DNA of 64,000 nucleotides from the NCBI GenBank assembly GCA_934097105.1, contig CAKONI010000001.1, forward strand, positions 7,204 to 71,203. The letters run 5' to 3'. Numbering within the stretch: position 1 is the stretch's first letter; each line of letters starts with the position of its first letter. Below are positions 47,831 to 57,403 of the stretch, piece after piece. The stretch is from an uncultured Bacilli bacterium. Lineage in GTDB: Bacteria; Bacillota_I; Bacilli_A; RF39; UBA660. The notes beneath the pieces are model-generated. The model did no database searches. It worked only from the letters and a program-made list of their open reading frames with translations, and was not told where the DNA came from. The position numbers and the translations under genes were made by a program.

Positions 47831-48166
47831 ATGAATAACGGATATTTTAATCCTAACTTGTCTACTAGTGCGGGGATTCCTAATGATATAAATCCTAGTT
47901 ATAGCGCTGGAGATTCTTCTCTTCCTATGGAACAGTCTTATGTTGAAAATATTTTGAGGCTTAATAAGGGAAAAGTGGCTAGTTTTTATATGACTTTTCC
48001 GGATTCTGGTGAGTGGAGAGATAGAATTTTTACTGGTGTAGTTGAACAGGCTGCGAGGGATCATATTGTTGTAAGTGATCCGAAAACTGGTAAATGGTAT
48101 TTACTTTTGACTATTTATTTGGATTTTATTGTTTTTGATGAAGAAATCAATTATAAGGTGATTTAA
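47831..48166 (+). CDS. gerQ: Spore coat protein GerQ-like
   Basis: The C-terminal domain EQSYVENILRLNKGKVASFYMTFPDSGEWRDRIFTGVVEQAARDHIVVSDPKTGKWYLLLTIYLDFIVFDEE closely parallels the Bacillus GerQ conserved C-domain (EQSYIENILRLNRGK..YMTFENN.EW..K.F.G..EAAGRDH...SDP.TG.RYLL..IYLDY..FDE). GAGGTGA RBS. Confidence 0.65.
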   Translation: MNNGYFNPNLSTSAGIPNDINPSYSAGDSSLPMEQSYVENILRLNKGKVASFYMTFPDSGEWRDRIFTGVVEQAARDHIVVSDPKTGKWYLLLTIYLDFIVFDEEINYKVI

Positions 48167-48229
48167 GAATTTTTGTTTTAAAAATTCTTTTTTTATGGTA
48201 TACTTGTTCTTGTAAAGATAGGTGATGTT

Positions 48230-48730
48230 ATGATTTATATTTTTTGTACTATTTTTTTAATTTTGTTTATTGCATTTTTATATATATTTTTTAATATTGT
48301 TAAACTTAAAGATTATAAGTTTTCTTTAGAGTATTCTATTTCTAGTATTGAGGATGCTCTTTCTAAGAAGTTTGATTGTATTAATGATCTTCTTGATGAT
48401 ATTAATAATAAGGGGCTTAAGGATAAGTTTTCTTATAATAGTGAAACTTCTTTGCAGGAACGTGAGAATTCTCTTTTTTCTATTAGTTGGGATATTAATA
48501 AATATGTTAAAGATAAGAAACTTGATAAGTTTTATGATGATGTTGCTGTTCTTAATTCTATGGAGGAGAATTTAGATGGGCTTAAGGATTTTTATAATTC
48601 TAATGTTTTAAATTATAATGAGATATTTTTAAAGCCTTATTTGAATAAGATTTTTAGATTTTTTAAATTTAGTGATTATAAATCTTTTAAGGTTAGAAAA
48701 CTTGAAGATTATGAGATATTTAAAAATTAG
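48230..48730 (+). CDS. Hypothetical membrane-anchored protein (166 aa)
   Basis: N-terminal TM helix, then an acidic coiled domain. Located between gerQ and ung like Bacillus ywdK (positional only). Confidence 0.45.
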   Translation: MIYIFCTIFLILFIAFLYIFFNIVKLKDYKFSLEYSISSIEDALSKKFDCINDLLDDINNKGLKDKFSYNSETSLQERENSLFSISWDINKYVKDKKLDKFYDDVAVLNSMEENLDGLKDFYNSNVLNYNEIFLKPYLNKIFRFFKFSDYKSFKVRKLEDYEIFKN

Positions 48731-49419
48731 TCTAGTTTAAAGTTTACTGGACTAATTTTTTTTGATATTAAAAAGTTGTTTGCTTTTGAAAATGGTCTGC
48801 TTCCGAAGAATCCGTTGTATGCGGAGAATGGTGATGGGTGAGTGGATTCAATTATGTAATGGTTTTTGTTTGTTATGTATTTCTTTTTGCTTCTTGCGAA
48901 TGAACCCCATAGTATGAATACTACTGGTGTTTCTTTTTCGTTTATTTTTTTTATTATTTCGTCTGTGAATCTTTCCCATCCTAGATATTTATGTGATAAT
49001 GGTTTGTCTTTTTCTACTGTTAGGATTGAGTTTAGGAGTAGTACTCCTTCTTGGGCCCATTTTACAAGGGAACCACTTTGTGGTGGTTTTATTCCTAAGT
49101 CTGTTTCTAATTCTTTAAATATATTTTGTAATGATGGTGGTTTTCTTATTCCATCTTTTACTGAGAATGATAAGCCTTCTGCTTCACCTTTTCCATGATA
49201 AGGATCTTGGCCTAGTATTACTATTTTTATGTTGTCATAGTCTGTTAGGCGTAGGGCTCTAAAGACTTCATGTTTTTTTGGATATATTTCTTTAGTTCTA
49301 TATTCTATTTGTAGTGTTTTTAGTATGTTTATTAAATAATCTTTTTTGTATTCTTCTTTTAGTATTTCATCCCATTTTTTTGTTATCATATTATTACCTC
49401 TTTTGTTACATTGTATCAT
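48727..49419 (-). CDS. ung: Uracil-DNA glycosylase
   Basis: 230 aa with the family-1 UDG motifs ILGQDPYHG and HPSPFSA. Confidence 0.9.
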   Translation of the reverse strand: MIQCNKRGNNMITKKWDEILKEEYKKDYLINILKTLQIEYRTKEIYPKKHEVFRALRLTDYDNIKIVILGQDPYHGKGEAEGLSFSVKDGIRKPPSLQNIFKELETDLGIKPPQSGSLVKWAQEGVLLLNSILTVEKDKPLSHKYLGWERFTDEIIKKINEKETPVVFILWGSFARSKKKYITNKNHYIIESTHPSPFSAYNGFFGSRPFSKANNFLISKKISPVNFKLD

Positions 49420-50674
49420 GTTTTTTAATTATTTTATCTTTTAATTTATATATTGCGTACATATTTATTATTGTTAATATGGCTAGTGCTATATCTATTA
49501 GGAGCCATATTATATTTGCTTTTATTATTCCACCGATGAAGATTGATGTGATTGTTATTATTTTTAGTATTTTTATGGGCATCTTTTTTTTGGTTAGAAA
49601 TTTTAGACAGTTTTCTCCATAGTAATATATTGTTATTAGGGTTGAGAAAGAGAAGAGGAAGATAATTGTTAGAAGCATTATTTCTCCGAATGATTCTAGG
49701 TGGTAGGAGAAAGCGTATTTTGTTAGTTCTATTCCATTTATTATATTTATATTTTGATATTCTGTTGTTCCTATTATTAGTGCAGTTGTTGTGAGTACGA
49801 TAAAGTTTATGAAGTATACTTGTATTATTCCCATGTTTCCTTGAAGTTTGTAGTCATTGTTTTCGGTGGTTCCTGAGATTATGGCACTGGTTCCTGTTCC
49901 TGATTCGTTGGCAAATATTGTTTTTTGGATTGCTAGTAGGATTGTGTATATTATTCCTCCGGATATTGCATTTTTGCTTAATGCTTCATTTATTATGGTG
50001 CCAAGTAGGGCGGGTATTTGATTTAAGTTTGTTATTAATACAATTAATCCAATTGCTAGGAATATTATCATCATTAGTGGGAATACTTTGTTGCAAATGT
50101 TTGAGATTGTTTTTATGCCTTTTATGATTGCTATTGATGTTAGGATTGTTACAATTAGGGCGATTACTATTTTATCTAGGCCATACATTTCTGTTGTTAG
50201 GGTTGTTATTGTGTTGTTTTGAATTGATGTAAATAAAATTGTGTATGTTATGATTATTATTAGGGCATATATTGTGCTTAGGGCTTTGTTTTGCAGGCCT
50301 TTTTTAATGTAGTAGGAGGGGCCACTTTTTGTATATTTTCCGTCTTTTTCTTTATATATTATTGCTAGGGTGTTTTCTATGTATGTAATTATTGAGAGGA
50401 AAAATGCTGAGACCCATATCCAAAATATTGTTCCTAAACCGCCGAATGCTATTGCTAGGGCTATTCCAGCTAGGGAGCCTACTCCTATTTTTGATGATAG
50501 GGTCATTATGAGGGTATCTAGGGGTGATATGTTATTTGTTTTTTTTATTTTTAGGCTTTTTAGGAGGCTTACAAATTTAAATTGGGGGCCTTTTAGTTTT
50601 ATTGTGAAGTATATGCTGTTTATTAAGATGAAACTTATTGCAATTGTCCAAAGTATTTTATTTATTATTTCCAT
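49406..50674 (-). CDS. Alanine/glycine:cation symporter (AGCS) family transporter
   Basis: Polytopic N-terminus with ..KIGVGSLAGIALAIAFGGLGTIFWIWVSAFF.., the AGCS signature region. Confidence 0.7.
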   Translation of the reverse strand: MEIINKILWTIAISFILINSIYFTIKLKGPQFKFVSLLKSLKIKKTNNISPLDTLIMTLSSKIGVGSLAGIALAIAFGGLGTIFWIWVSAFFLSIITYIENTLAIIYKEKDGKYTKSGPSYYIKKGLQNKALSTIYALIIIITYTILFTSIQNNTITTLTTEMYGLDKIVIALIVTILTSIAIIKGIKTISNICNKVFPLMMIIFLAIGLIVLITNLNQIPALLGTIINEALSKNAISGGIIYTILLAIQKTIFANESGTGTSAIISGTTENNDYKLQGNMGIIQVYFINFIVLTTTALIIGTTEYQNINIINGIELTKYAFSYHLESFGEIMLLTIIFLFSFSTLITIYYYGENCLKFLTKKKMPIKILKIITITSIFIGGIIKANIIWLLIDIALAILTIINMYAIYKLKDKIIKKHDTM

Positions 50675-50709
50675 GTTTAATTTTATGCAAATTAAACGTT
50701 ATTTAGTTC

Positions 50710-51165
50710 TTACTTGTGATAACTTTCATTGTTTAATATTTTAAAACTTCTATAGATTTGTTCTAGTAGTATTACTCTAAATAAGCCATGAGGAAAGGTA
50801 AGGGGTGAAAATGATATTTTTTTAGTGCTTAGATTTTTTATTTCTTCGTCTAGGCCGTTTGAAGATCCTATTAGGAATGTTATGTTACTATTTTTGATTA
50901 GTTCTTTATTTAGATTTTCTGCGAATTCTTCGCTTGTGAATTGTTTTCCGTTTAGATCTAGTATTATTATATTATCTGTTTCTTTTAGGTGTTTTATTAT
51001 TTGTTCTTTTTCTTTTTTTAGGGCTTGTTTTATGTTGTCATCTTTGTAGTCTTTTAGTTCAATTACTTGTAATTTTGTGTATTTTGATAGTCTTTTTTCG
51101 TATTCAGATTGGGCCTGTTTTAAATAATTTTCTTTTTGTTTTCCTACACATATTATTTTTATCAT
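50710..51165 (-). CDS. rlmH: 23S rRNA (pseudouridine1915-N3)-methyltransferase RlmH
   Basis: 151-aa SPOUT protein: MIKIICVGKQKENYLKQAQSEYEKRL...FLIGSSNGL...ISFSPLTFPHGLFRVILLEQIYR. Confidence 0.85.
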   Translation of the reverse strand: MIKIICVGKQKENYLKQAQSEYEKRLSKYTKLQVIELKDYKDDNIKQALKKEKEQIIKHLKETDNIIILDLNGKQFTSEEFAENLNKELIKNSNITFLIGSSNGLDEEIKNLSTKKISFSPLTFPHGLFRVILLEQIYRSFKILNNESYHK

Positions 51166-51177
51166 TTTTGTTTCTCC

Positions 51178-51915
51178 TTATATTTTTAGTTTTATTTTTT
51201 CTGTTTGTGAACAAATTATAATTTTTTCTTCATTTATGTTTTCAATTTGTTTTAGTAATTGGTTTTTGGCTTTTTCTTTTGTGTTGTTTTCTTCACTTAA
51301 ATGGGCTAGGCAGATGTATTTTGTTTTTGTTCCGATTAGTTTCTCTATGTAGGTAGATGAGGCTTTGTTTGATAGATGGCCTTTATCGCTTCTTATTCTT
51401 TGTTTTAAATAGAAAGGATAGGGGCCTTCGGTTAGCATGTCGTCGTCATAATTGCTTTCAAATATATAGATATCTTTGTTTTGGTATTTTTTTATGTATT
51501 TTTGTTTGATGTAACCTGTATCTGTTATGTAGATTAGTTCTTTGTTTGTTTTTTGTTCTTTTAGGCTTATTCCTATGCAAGGGGTGTCATGTGATAATTC
51601 AAATAGGTTTATTTCGAAGTCTTTATTTATTATTTCTTTTTCATATTTTATGTTTTCATAGTTTGTTTTTTCTTCTAGGTTGCTTTTTACAGTGTAAATT
51701 TCTGGTTTTTGTTTTTTTAATAGGGATTCTAGTCCTTTTATGTGATCACCATGGGTATGGGTTATTATTAAAATATCTATTGGTGGCATTTTTCTATTTA
51801 GTCTTTTTTCTAAATTTGAAAGAGGCAATCCAACGTCTATTAGAATATTTGTGTTTTCTAATTCTATTAATGTTGAATTGCCTTTTGAGCCACTTGCTAG
51901 TATTGTTATTTCCAT
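51178..51915 (-). CDS. MBL-fold metallo-hydrolase (YycJ/WalJ-like)
   Basis: 245 aa with the HxHxDH motif (ITHTHGDHIKG). Its position next to rlmH matches Bacillus yycJ. Confidence 0.75.
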   Translation of the reverse strand: MEITILASGSKGNSTLIELENTNILIDVGLPLSNLEKRLNRKMPPIDILIITHTHGDHIKGLESLLKKQKPEIYTVKSNLEEKTNYENIKYEKEIINKDFEINLFELSHDTPCIGISLKEQKTNKELIYITDTGYIKQKYIKKYQNKDIYIFESNYDDDMLTEGPYPFYLKQRIRSDKGHLSNKASSTYIEKLIGTKTKYICLAHLSEENNTKEKAKNQLLKQIENINEEKIIICSQTEKIKLKI

Positions 51916-51916
51916 T

Positions 51917-53410
51917 TTAGTAAAACGATAGGGGATTTACGTATGAGCCATTTGACGTGATTGTAAAGTGTAAATGGCATCCGTATGAATATCCTGTATT
52001 TCCCATGGTTCCGATTCTTTGGCCTTTTTTGATTTGTTGTCCTGGTGATACGCTTACACTATTCATGTGACCATATAGAGTTGAGATTCCTTTTCCGTGA
52101 TCTATTTTTACTGCAAGTCCGTAGCCATAGTACCAACCTGCTATTTCTACAGTTCCAGTGTTTGCTGCATATATTGGTGTTCCGCATCCTAATCCGGCGA
52201 TGTCTATTCCGTCGTGTAATCTACTTGATGTTTCGCCGATGTCGCTTCTTAGTCCGTAACCGAAGTATTCTGTTATGGAATAGTTACTTACTGTTGGCCA
52301 TGCCCAATCTACACTGCTTCCTGTTTTTATGATTTTGTTTATTGGTTCTGTAATTACTTCGTTTGCTGTGATTAGGGCGTATGTTATTTTTCCATTTTGT
52401 TTTTGAATTTTTCTAGTTACTTTACTTGTTCCTTTTTTACCTTTTTGAATTATTTGATAATGACCTGGCATCATATTTTCGTCTATTTTTTCAATTGTTT
52501 TATATCTTACTTTTTCCCTTTTTACTGAATGGGTTTCTTCTACTACGGTTATTTTGGGATTTATGTAACTGATTATTACTTCTTGTCCTTTATAAAGTAG
52601 GGCATTTTCATCTGTTATATTTTGGTTTGCTATTAGGAATTCTTCGGTTGACATCTCATTGTTATAGGCGATATTTTTTATTGTGTCTCCCTCTTTTACT
52701 TTATATACTTTGTTTTTTTCGTTTGTACCGAATAGAAGATATTTTGCAAGTTCTTGTTTTGTTTGATATATTTTTTTATTTACTGGAATTTTGCCTTTTT
52801 TGATTGTTATTTGTTCTTTTATATAGACGTTTTCTATACTTGTTCCTTCTTTTGTTAGGTCTTGGTTTGTTTCTGATAGGTAGTTATCATATTGTTTTTC
52901 ATCTACGAATGATTTTACGACGTCGTTTATTGCATCATTTAATATATTTTTATTTAATAAGTATAGATATTCTTTTATTTTTTTTGTTTTTTCTTGATCT
53001 TTTTTATCGTTGTTTTTTTCGGTATTTTGTTCTGTTATTGTTACAATATAACCGTTTATTGTGAAGTCTTCTTGATTTGCTATTTTATCATAGATGCTTT
53101 CTACTGTTTCGATTTGTTCATTGTAGGTTGTTTCTTCTTTTATTTTTAGACCATTTGGGGTGTATACGTTTTCTACATTATACTTTTGTTTTATGGCTTC
53201 TTGTTTATCATTTATGTAGTTTTCTAGTTCTTTTTTGCTATTTATAAGACCTAGTGATTCTCCATTTAGATAGACTCTGTAGACTTCTCTAGCGTCGTAG
53301 TATACGTATGAGGCACTTTCTAATATGACGAATATTAAACTTAATGCGAAAGATAATATTATTAAAAATACTGTTATTGTTTTATTCATTAGAATTTCCC
53401 TCTTTCTCAT
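51917..53410 (-). CDS. M23 family metallopeptidase with LysM domain, membrane-anchored
   Basis: N-terminal TM anchor; a LysM-like segment (YKVKEGDTIKNIAYNNEMSTEEFLIANQNI); C-terminal LytM motifs HDGIDIAG and GCHLHFTI. Confidence 0.7.
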   Translation of the reverse strand: MRKREILMNKTITVFLIILSFALSLIFVILESASYVYYDAREVYRVYLNGESLGLINSKKELENYINDKQEAIKQKYNVENVYTPNGLKIKEETTYNEQIETVESIYDKIANQEDFTINGYIVTITEQNTEKNNDKKDQEKTKKIKEYLYLLNKNILNDAINDVVKSFVDEKQYDNYLSETNQDLTKEGTSIENVYIKEQITIKKGKIPVNKKIYQTKQELAKYLLFGTNEKNKVYKVKEGDTIKNIAYNNEMSTEEFLIANQNITDENALLYKGQEVIISYINPKITVVEETHSVKREKVRYKTIEKIDENMMPGHYQIIQKGKKGTSKVTRKIQKQNGKITYALITANEVITEPINKIIKTGSSVDWAWPTVSNYSITEYFGYGLRSDIGETSSRLHDGIDIAGLGCGTPIYAANTGTVEIAGWYYGYGLAVKIDHGKGISTLYGHMNSVSVSPGQQIKKGQRIGTMGNTGYSYGCHLHFTITSNGSYVNPLSFY

Positions 53411-54746
53411 TATTTTTATAGTTCATAAATGATAATGTATTTTTTTTGAATAGTAGTTCTGCGGTTCCGATTCTTCCGTTTCTGTTTTTTCTTAGAATTA
53501 TTTCTGTTTTGCTCATATTATCATCTATTTTTGCCTCTTTATTGTAATAGTCATCTCTATAGATGAATGCTACTACGTCGGCATCTTGTTCTATTGAGCC
53601 TGATTCTCTTAGGTCACTTAGTACAGGACGTTTGTCTTCACGAAGTTCTGGTGTTCTTGATAATTGTGCTAGGGTTACTACGGGTATTTTTAGTTCAAGT
53701 GCTAGAGTTTTTAGGGCTCTTGATATTTCTGATACTTCTTGTTGTCTGTTTCCTTGATATCTTCCGTTTGAACTTATTAGTGTTAAGTAGTCTATTAGAA
53801 TTAGTCCTAGGTTTTCGTCTTGGCTTGCTATTCTTCTTGATTTGGCTTTTATATCTCCGATGGTTACTCCTGGGGAGTCATCTATGTAGATGTTTGATTC
53901 AGAAAGTTGACTCATTGCTTCGTTTATTCTTTGCCAGTCTTTGGTTTCTAGGGATCCATTTTGTAATTTTTTTGCTTCGATTTGTCCTAGTGATGATATC
54001 ATACGTGTTGCTAGTTGTTCAGCGCGCATTTCTAGGGTGTATATTATTACTGATTTTTTTGATTTTAATGCTACGTTTGTTGCGATATTTAAGGCTAGGG
54101 CAGTTTTTCCCATTGCTGGACGGGCAGCGATTATTATTAATTCATTTTCGTGGAAGCCATCTGTTAGATAATCTAAGTCATAGAATCCTGATGAAATACC
54201 ACTTATTTTTCCTTTTCTATTTGCTAGTTTTTCTAGATTTTCTTGGATATTTGATAGGACTTCGGGCATTTGTTTGAATTCTGATGATTTTCTGTTTTTT
54301 ACAACGTTTAGAATTTTTGATTCTGCTTTATCTAGGGTTTCTGTTACGGAGAATTCATTGGTGTAGCCTAGGGTTGCTATTTCTGTTGCTTCGCTTATTA
54401 AGTTTCTTAATATGCTTTTGTCTTCGACTATTTTTATGTAGTAATCTATATTGGCAGCGGTTGGTGTTTGTTCTAGTATTTCTGATAGGTATTCTACGCC
54501 TCCGACTTCATTTAGAATGTTTTGATCTTTTAGTTCACTTGTTAGGGTTGTAATGTCTATTGCTATTTCTTTTGAATTTAGATCTTTTATTGCGTTAAAT
54601 ATTTTACCATGTTTTTCTAGAAAAAAACTATCACTTGTTAGGGTTTCTACTGCTTTTTGAAGGGCATATTTTGATAGAAACATTGCGCCGATTACTGATT
54701 GTTCGGCTTCTATATTATTAGGAATTTCCTTTTTCAAATTTAACAC
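53382..54746 (-). CDS. dnaB: Replicative DNA helicase
   Basis: 454 aa: MLNLKKEIPNNIEAEQSVIGAMFL.., Walker A AARPAMGKTALAL, RecA-like C-domain. Confidence 0.9.
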   Translation of the reverse strand: MLNLKKEIPNNIEAEQSVIGAMFLSKYALQKAVETLTSDSFFLEKHGKIFNAIKDLNSKEIAIDITTLTSELKDQNILNEVGGVEYLSEILEQTPTAANIDYYIKIVEDKSILRNLISEATEIATLGYTNEFSVTETLDKAESKILNVVKNRKSSEFKQMPEVLSNIQENLEKLANRKGKISGISSGFYDLDYLTDGFHENELIIIAARPAMGKTALALNIATNVALKSKKSVIIYTLEMRAEQLATRMISSLGQIEAKKLQNGSLETKDWQRINEAMSQLSESNIYIDDSPGVTIGDIKAKSRRIASQDENLGLILIDYLTLISSNGRYQGNRQQEVSEISRALKTLALELKIPVVTLAQLSRTPELREDKRPVLSDLRESGSIEQDADVVAFIYRDDYYNKEAKIDDNMSKTEIILRKNRNGRIGTAELLFKKNTLSFMNYKNNEKEGNSNE

Positions 54747-55178
54747 CTACTTTGTTACTTCTATTTTTATTGTTGCTTTTACGTCTTTATATAAGTTTAT
54801 TTCAACGTTATGAAAACCTAGCGATTGGATAGGGTAGTCTATGATTATTTGTTTTTTGTCTATTAAATCTCCGATTTCGTCTTTTATTTGTTTTGCAGAA
54901 ATACTACCGAAGACTTTATCATTTTTACCTGTTTTTACTTGAAATTTGTATGTTTTTGATTCTAATTCTTTTTTTAGTTTTTCTGCTTTTTTTATGTTTT
55001 CTTTTATTTCTTCTTCTTGTTTTTGATTATCTCTTTTTAGTTTTGTTAGTGTTTCTTTGGTTTCTTTTACAGCATAACCATTTTTTATTAGAAAGTTTTT
55101 GGCATAACCGTCTTTTACTTCTTTTATTTCTCCTTTTTTTCCTTGATTTCTTAAGTCTTTGATAAAGATAACTTTCAT
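54747..55178 (-). CDS. rplI: 50S ribosomal protein L9
   Basis: 143 aa: MKVIFIKDLRNQGKKGEIKEVKDGYAKNFLIKNGYA.. Confidence 0.9.
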   Translation of the reverse strand: MKVIFIKDLRNQGKKGEIKEVKDGYAKNFLIKNGYAVKETKETLTKLKRDNQKQEEEIKENIKKAEKLKKELESKTYKFQVKTGKNDKVFGSISAKQIKDEIGDLIDKKQIIIDYPIQSLGFHNVEINLYKDVKATIKIEVTK

Positions 55179-56149
55179 TTTTTCACCTTCTTTATTTTTT
55201 CTATTAATTCTTCTTCTATTTTTTTTACGCTTGTATTTTCTATTCTTGCTGCGGCTTCGTTTTTATTTCCTCCGCCTCCGAATGTTTCCATTAGTTTTCC
55301 TGCATTTATTTTGTTTATTGATCTTGCGCTTATTCCAATTAGGTTTTTGTCCATATAGCCAATTGCGAATGAGGCTTTTATTCCTTTGAATGCTAGGAGT
55401 AGGTCTGCGGTTTTTGCTAAATCTTGTGATGTGTATATTTTACCTTTTTGGCCTTTTGCTAGGGCTATTTCTCCGATTATATTTGTGTTTGCTATCATTT
55501 TTGATCTATTTACGTATTCTTCTAGGTTTTGTTTTAAAAAACTTTGGGCTTCGGTTATTTCTGCTCCTTTGCTTGATAGATAGTAGCAGTAATAGAATGT
55601 TTTTCTAGTCATTTTGTACATGAAGTTGTTTGTGTCTAAAACTATTCCTCCGAGCATTATTGTTGCGAATGATTTTGGTATTTTGATGCGAAACATGTCT
55701 AGTAGTTCTGCTACTATTTCGCATGTTGAGGATGCCCTTTCTTCGATGAATACATTTTTATTTTTTATTGTGTCAGTTGTTTTGGTGTGATGATCTATTA
55801 CTATTAATTTTTCATTATTTTCTAGGAGACTTCTGTAACTCATTAGTTTTGGTTTATTTACATCTAAAATTATGAATAAAGATTTTGGTGTTATTAGTTT
55901 TTCTGCTTCTTTGGTTGTTATAACTTTTAAGTTTCTCATTATTTTTTCGCTTGCTTCTTTTGTAGCGGGTTCTATTTTTTTATCATCTATAATTAGATAT
56001 GTTTTTTTTCCGAGTTTTTTTGATATTAGTGAGAAACCTGCCATTGAGGCGAATGCATCTAAGTCTATATTTTCGTGTGTTCCTAGAAATACTTCTTTTG
56101 AATGGAACAATTCTTTACTTATTAGTTTTTTTAATTCTTTAACTGACAT
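55175..56149 (-). CDS. DHH/DHHA1 family phosphoesterase (short NrnA/stand-alone GdpP catalytic-domain type)
   Basis: 324 aa with the DHH motif (IVIDHH), DxD (NIDLDAF) and DHHA1 glycine motif (GGGGNKNEAAA). No TM, PAS or GGDEF parts. Confidence 0.75.
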   Translation of the reverse strand: MSVKELKKLISKELFHSKEVFLGTHENIDLDAFASMAGFSLISKKLGKKTYLIIDDKKIEPATKEASEKIMRNLKVITTKEAEKLITPKSLFIILDVNKPKLMSYRSLLENNEKLIVIDHHTKTTDTIKNKNVFIEERASSTCEIVAELLDMFRIKIPKSFATIMLGGIVLDTNNFMYKMTRKTFYYCYYLSSKGAEITEAQSFLKQNLEEYVNRSKMIANTNIIGEIALAKGQKGKIYTSQDLAKTADLLLAFKGIKASFAIGYMDKNLIGISARSINKINAGKLMETFGGGGNKNEAAARIENTSVKKIEEELIEKIKKVKK

Positions 56150-56238
56150 AATTAACTCCTCTTTTCTTTTAATATTATAACAAAAAAATAGTGATATGTC
56201 ATTTTTTTATTGAAACAAAAAAAGAGAATGGTTTTCTC

Positions 56239-56454
56239 TTATTTTACGAATGGTAATAAACCTATAATACGTGCTTTTTTGATTTCACCAGTTACAACTC
56301 TTTGGTGTTTTGCACATGCTCCAGTTACACGTCTTGGAAGTATTTTTCCTTTTTCGTTTATGAATTTTCTTAAAACGTCTACGTCTTTATAATCTACGTC
56401 TTTTCCTGTACACATGTAGCACACTTTTTTTCTTTTTTTATAAAATTCTGCCAT
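56239..56454 (-). CDS. rpsR: 30S ribosomal protein S18
   Basis: 71 aa: ..[38 protein letters not shown].. Confidence 0.95.
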   Translation of the reverse strand: MAEFYKKRKKVCYMCTGKDVDYKDVDVLRKFINEKGKILPRRVTGACAKHQRVVTGEIKKARIIGLLPFVK

Positions 56455-56465
56455 GTTTTCCTCCT

Positions 56466-57002
56466 TTAAAATGGCAAGTCATTTTCAACTTTTATTTCTT
56501 CTCCAAAGTCCTTGAATGGATCTTCTGGTATTTCTGACATATTCATTGTTTTTTCTTGTTTTGCATTTATGTTATATGGTGTTACATCATTAGATGGTTC
56601 TGGTTCAAAGTTATATGAATTCATACTTGATGTATCATTTACATTGTATGGATTTGTATTGCTTTCTTGTTGCCTTTCTCTTTGTGCTTTTGTGTCTAAA
56701 AACTGAACGTTGTCTGCGACTACTTCAGTTACATATCTTTTTTGACCATTTTGATCTTCATAATTTCTTGTTTGAATACGTCCATCTATTGCTACTTGAC
56801 TGCCTTGATTTATATAGTTTTTACAATTTTCTGCTTGTTTTCTCCAAACAACTATGTTTATAAAATCTGTTTCTCTTTCCCCATTTTGCCCAGTAAAGTT
56901 TCTATTTACTGCTAGAGAAAATGTTGCTACGGGAGTGTTATTTGATGTATATCTAAGTTCTGGGTCTCTTACTAATCTCCCTATCAAAAATACTTTATTC
57001 AT
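56466..57002 (-). CDS. ssb: Single-stranded DNA-binding protein
   Basis: 178 aa: [34 protein letters not shown].. (OB-fold) with the acidic C-terminal tail ..DLPF. Confidence 0.9.
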   Translation of the reverse strand: MNKVFLIGRLVRDPELRYTSNNTPVATFSLAVNRNFTGQNGERETDFINIVVWRKQAENCKNYINQGSQVAIDGRIQTRNYEDQNGQKRYVTEVVADNVQFLDTKAQRERQQESNTNPYNVNDTSSMNSYNFEPEPSNDVTPYNINAKQEKTMNMSEIPEDPFKDFGEEIKVENDLPF

Positions 57003-57012
57003 ACTTTACCTC

Positions 57013-57300
57013 TTATTTTTCTATTTTTGTTACTAGAGAACGAATTATATCTTGGCTTATTCCAGCAATACGATTGAATTCGTTTATTGCTTCAACTGGC
57101 GCTTCTAGTACTAGTAAATAGTAATAACCTGTTTTATGTTTTTTTATTTCATATGCTAAATCTCTTTGACCCATTTCTTTTTCTTCAAGAATTGTTGCAT
57201 TATTATCTGTTAGCATCTTTTTTGTATCTTCGAATACTTTTTTGATTGATGCTTCTTCTAGTGTTGGTTTTACAATAAACATTATTTCATATTTTTTCAT
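57013..57300 (-). CDS. rpsF: 30S ribosomal protein S6
   Basis: 95 aa: MKKYEIMFIVKPTLEEASIKKVFEDTKKML.. Confidence 0.95.
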   Translation of the reverse strand: MKKYEIMFIVKPTLEEASIKKVFEDTKKMLTDNNATILEEKEMGQRDLAYEIKKHKTGYYYLLVLEAPVEAINEFNRIAGISQDIIRSLVTKIEK

Positions 57301-57403
57301 TTTTTTGCACCTCCTTTTGGACTTAAGACTTCTTTTCGAAGTAAGGAGTAATTTAATTACTCGTTTGTATTATAACAGTTAATTGTATGTTTGTCTAGTT
57401 TTT

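Noticed and set aside
57301-57403. Partial palindromes around CTTAAG in the rpsF 5' region considered as an rpsF-leader regulatory RNA
   Set aside because: The pairing is imperfect and I cannot confirm the structure by eye. It would need an Rfam scan for the rpsF leader.
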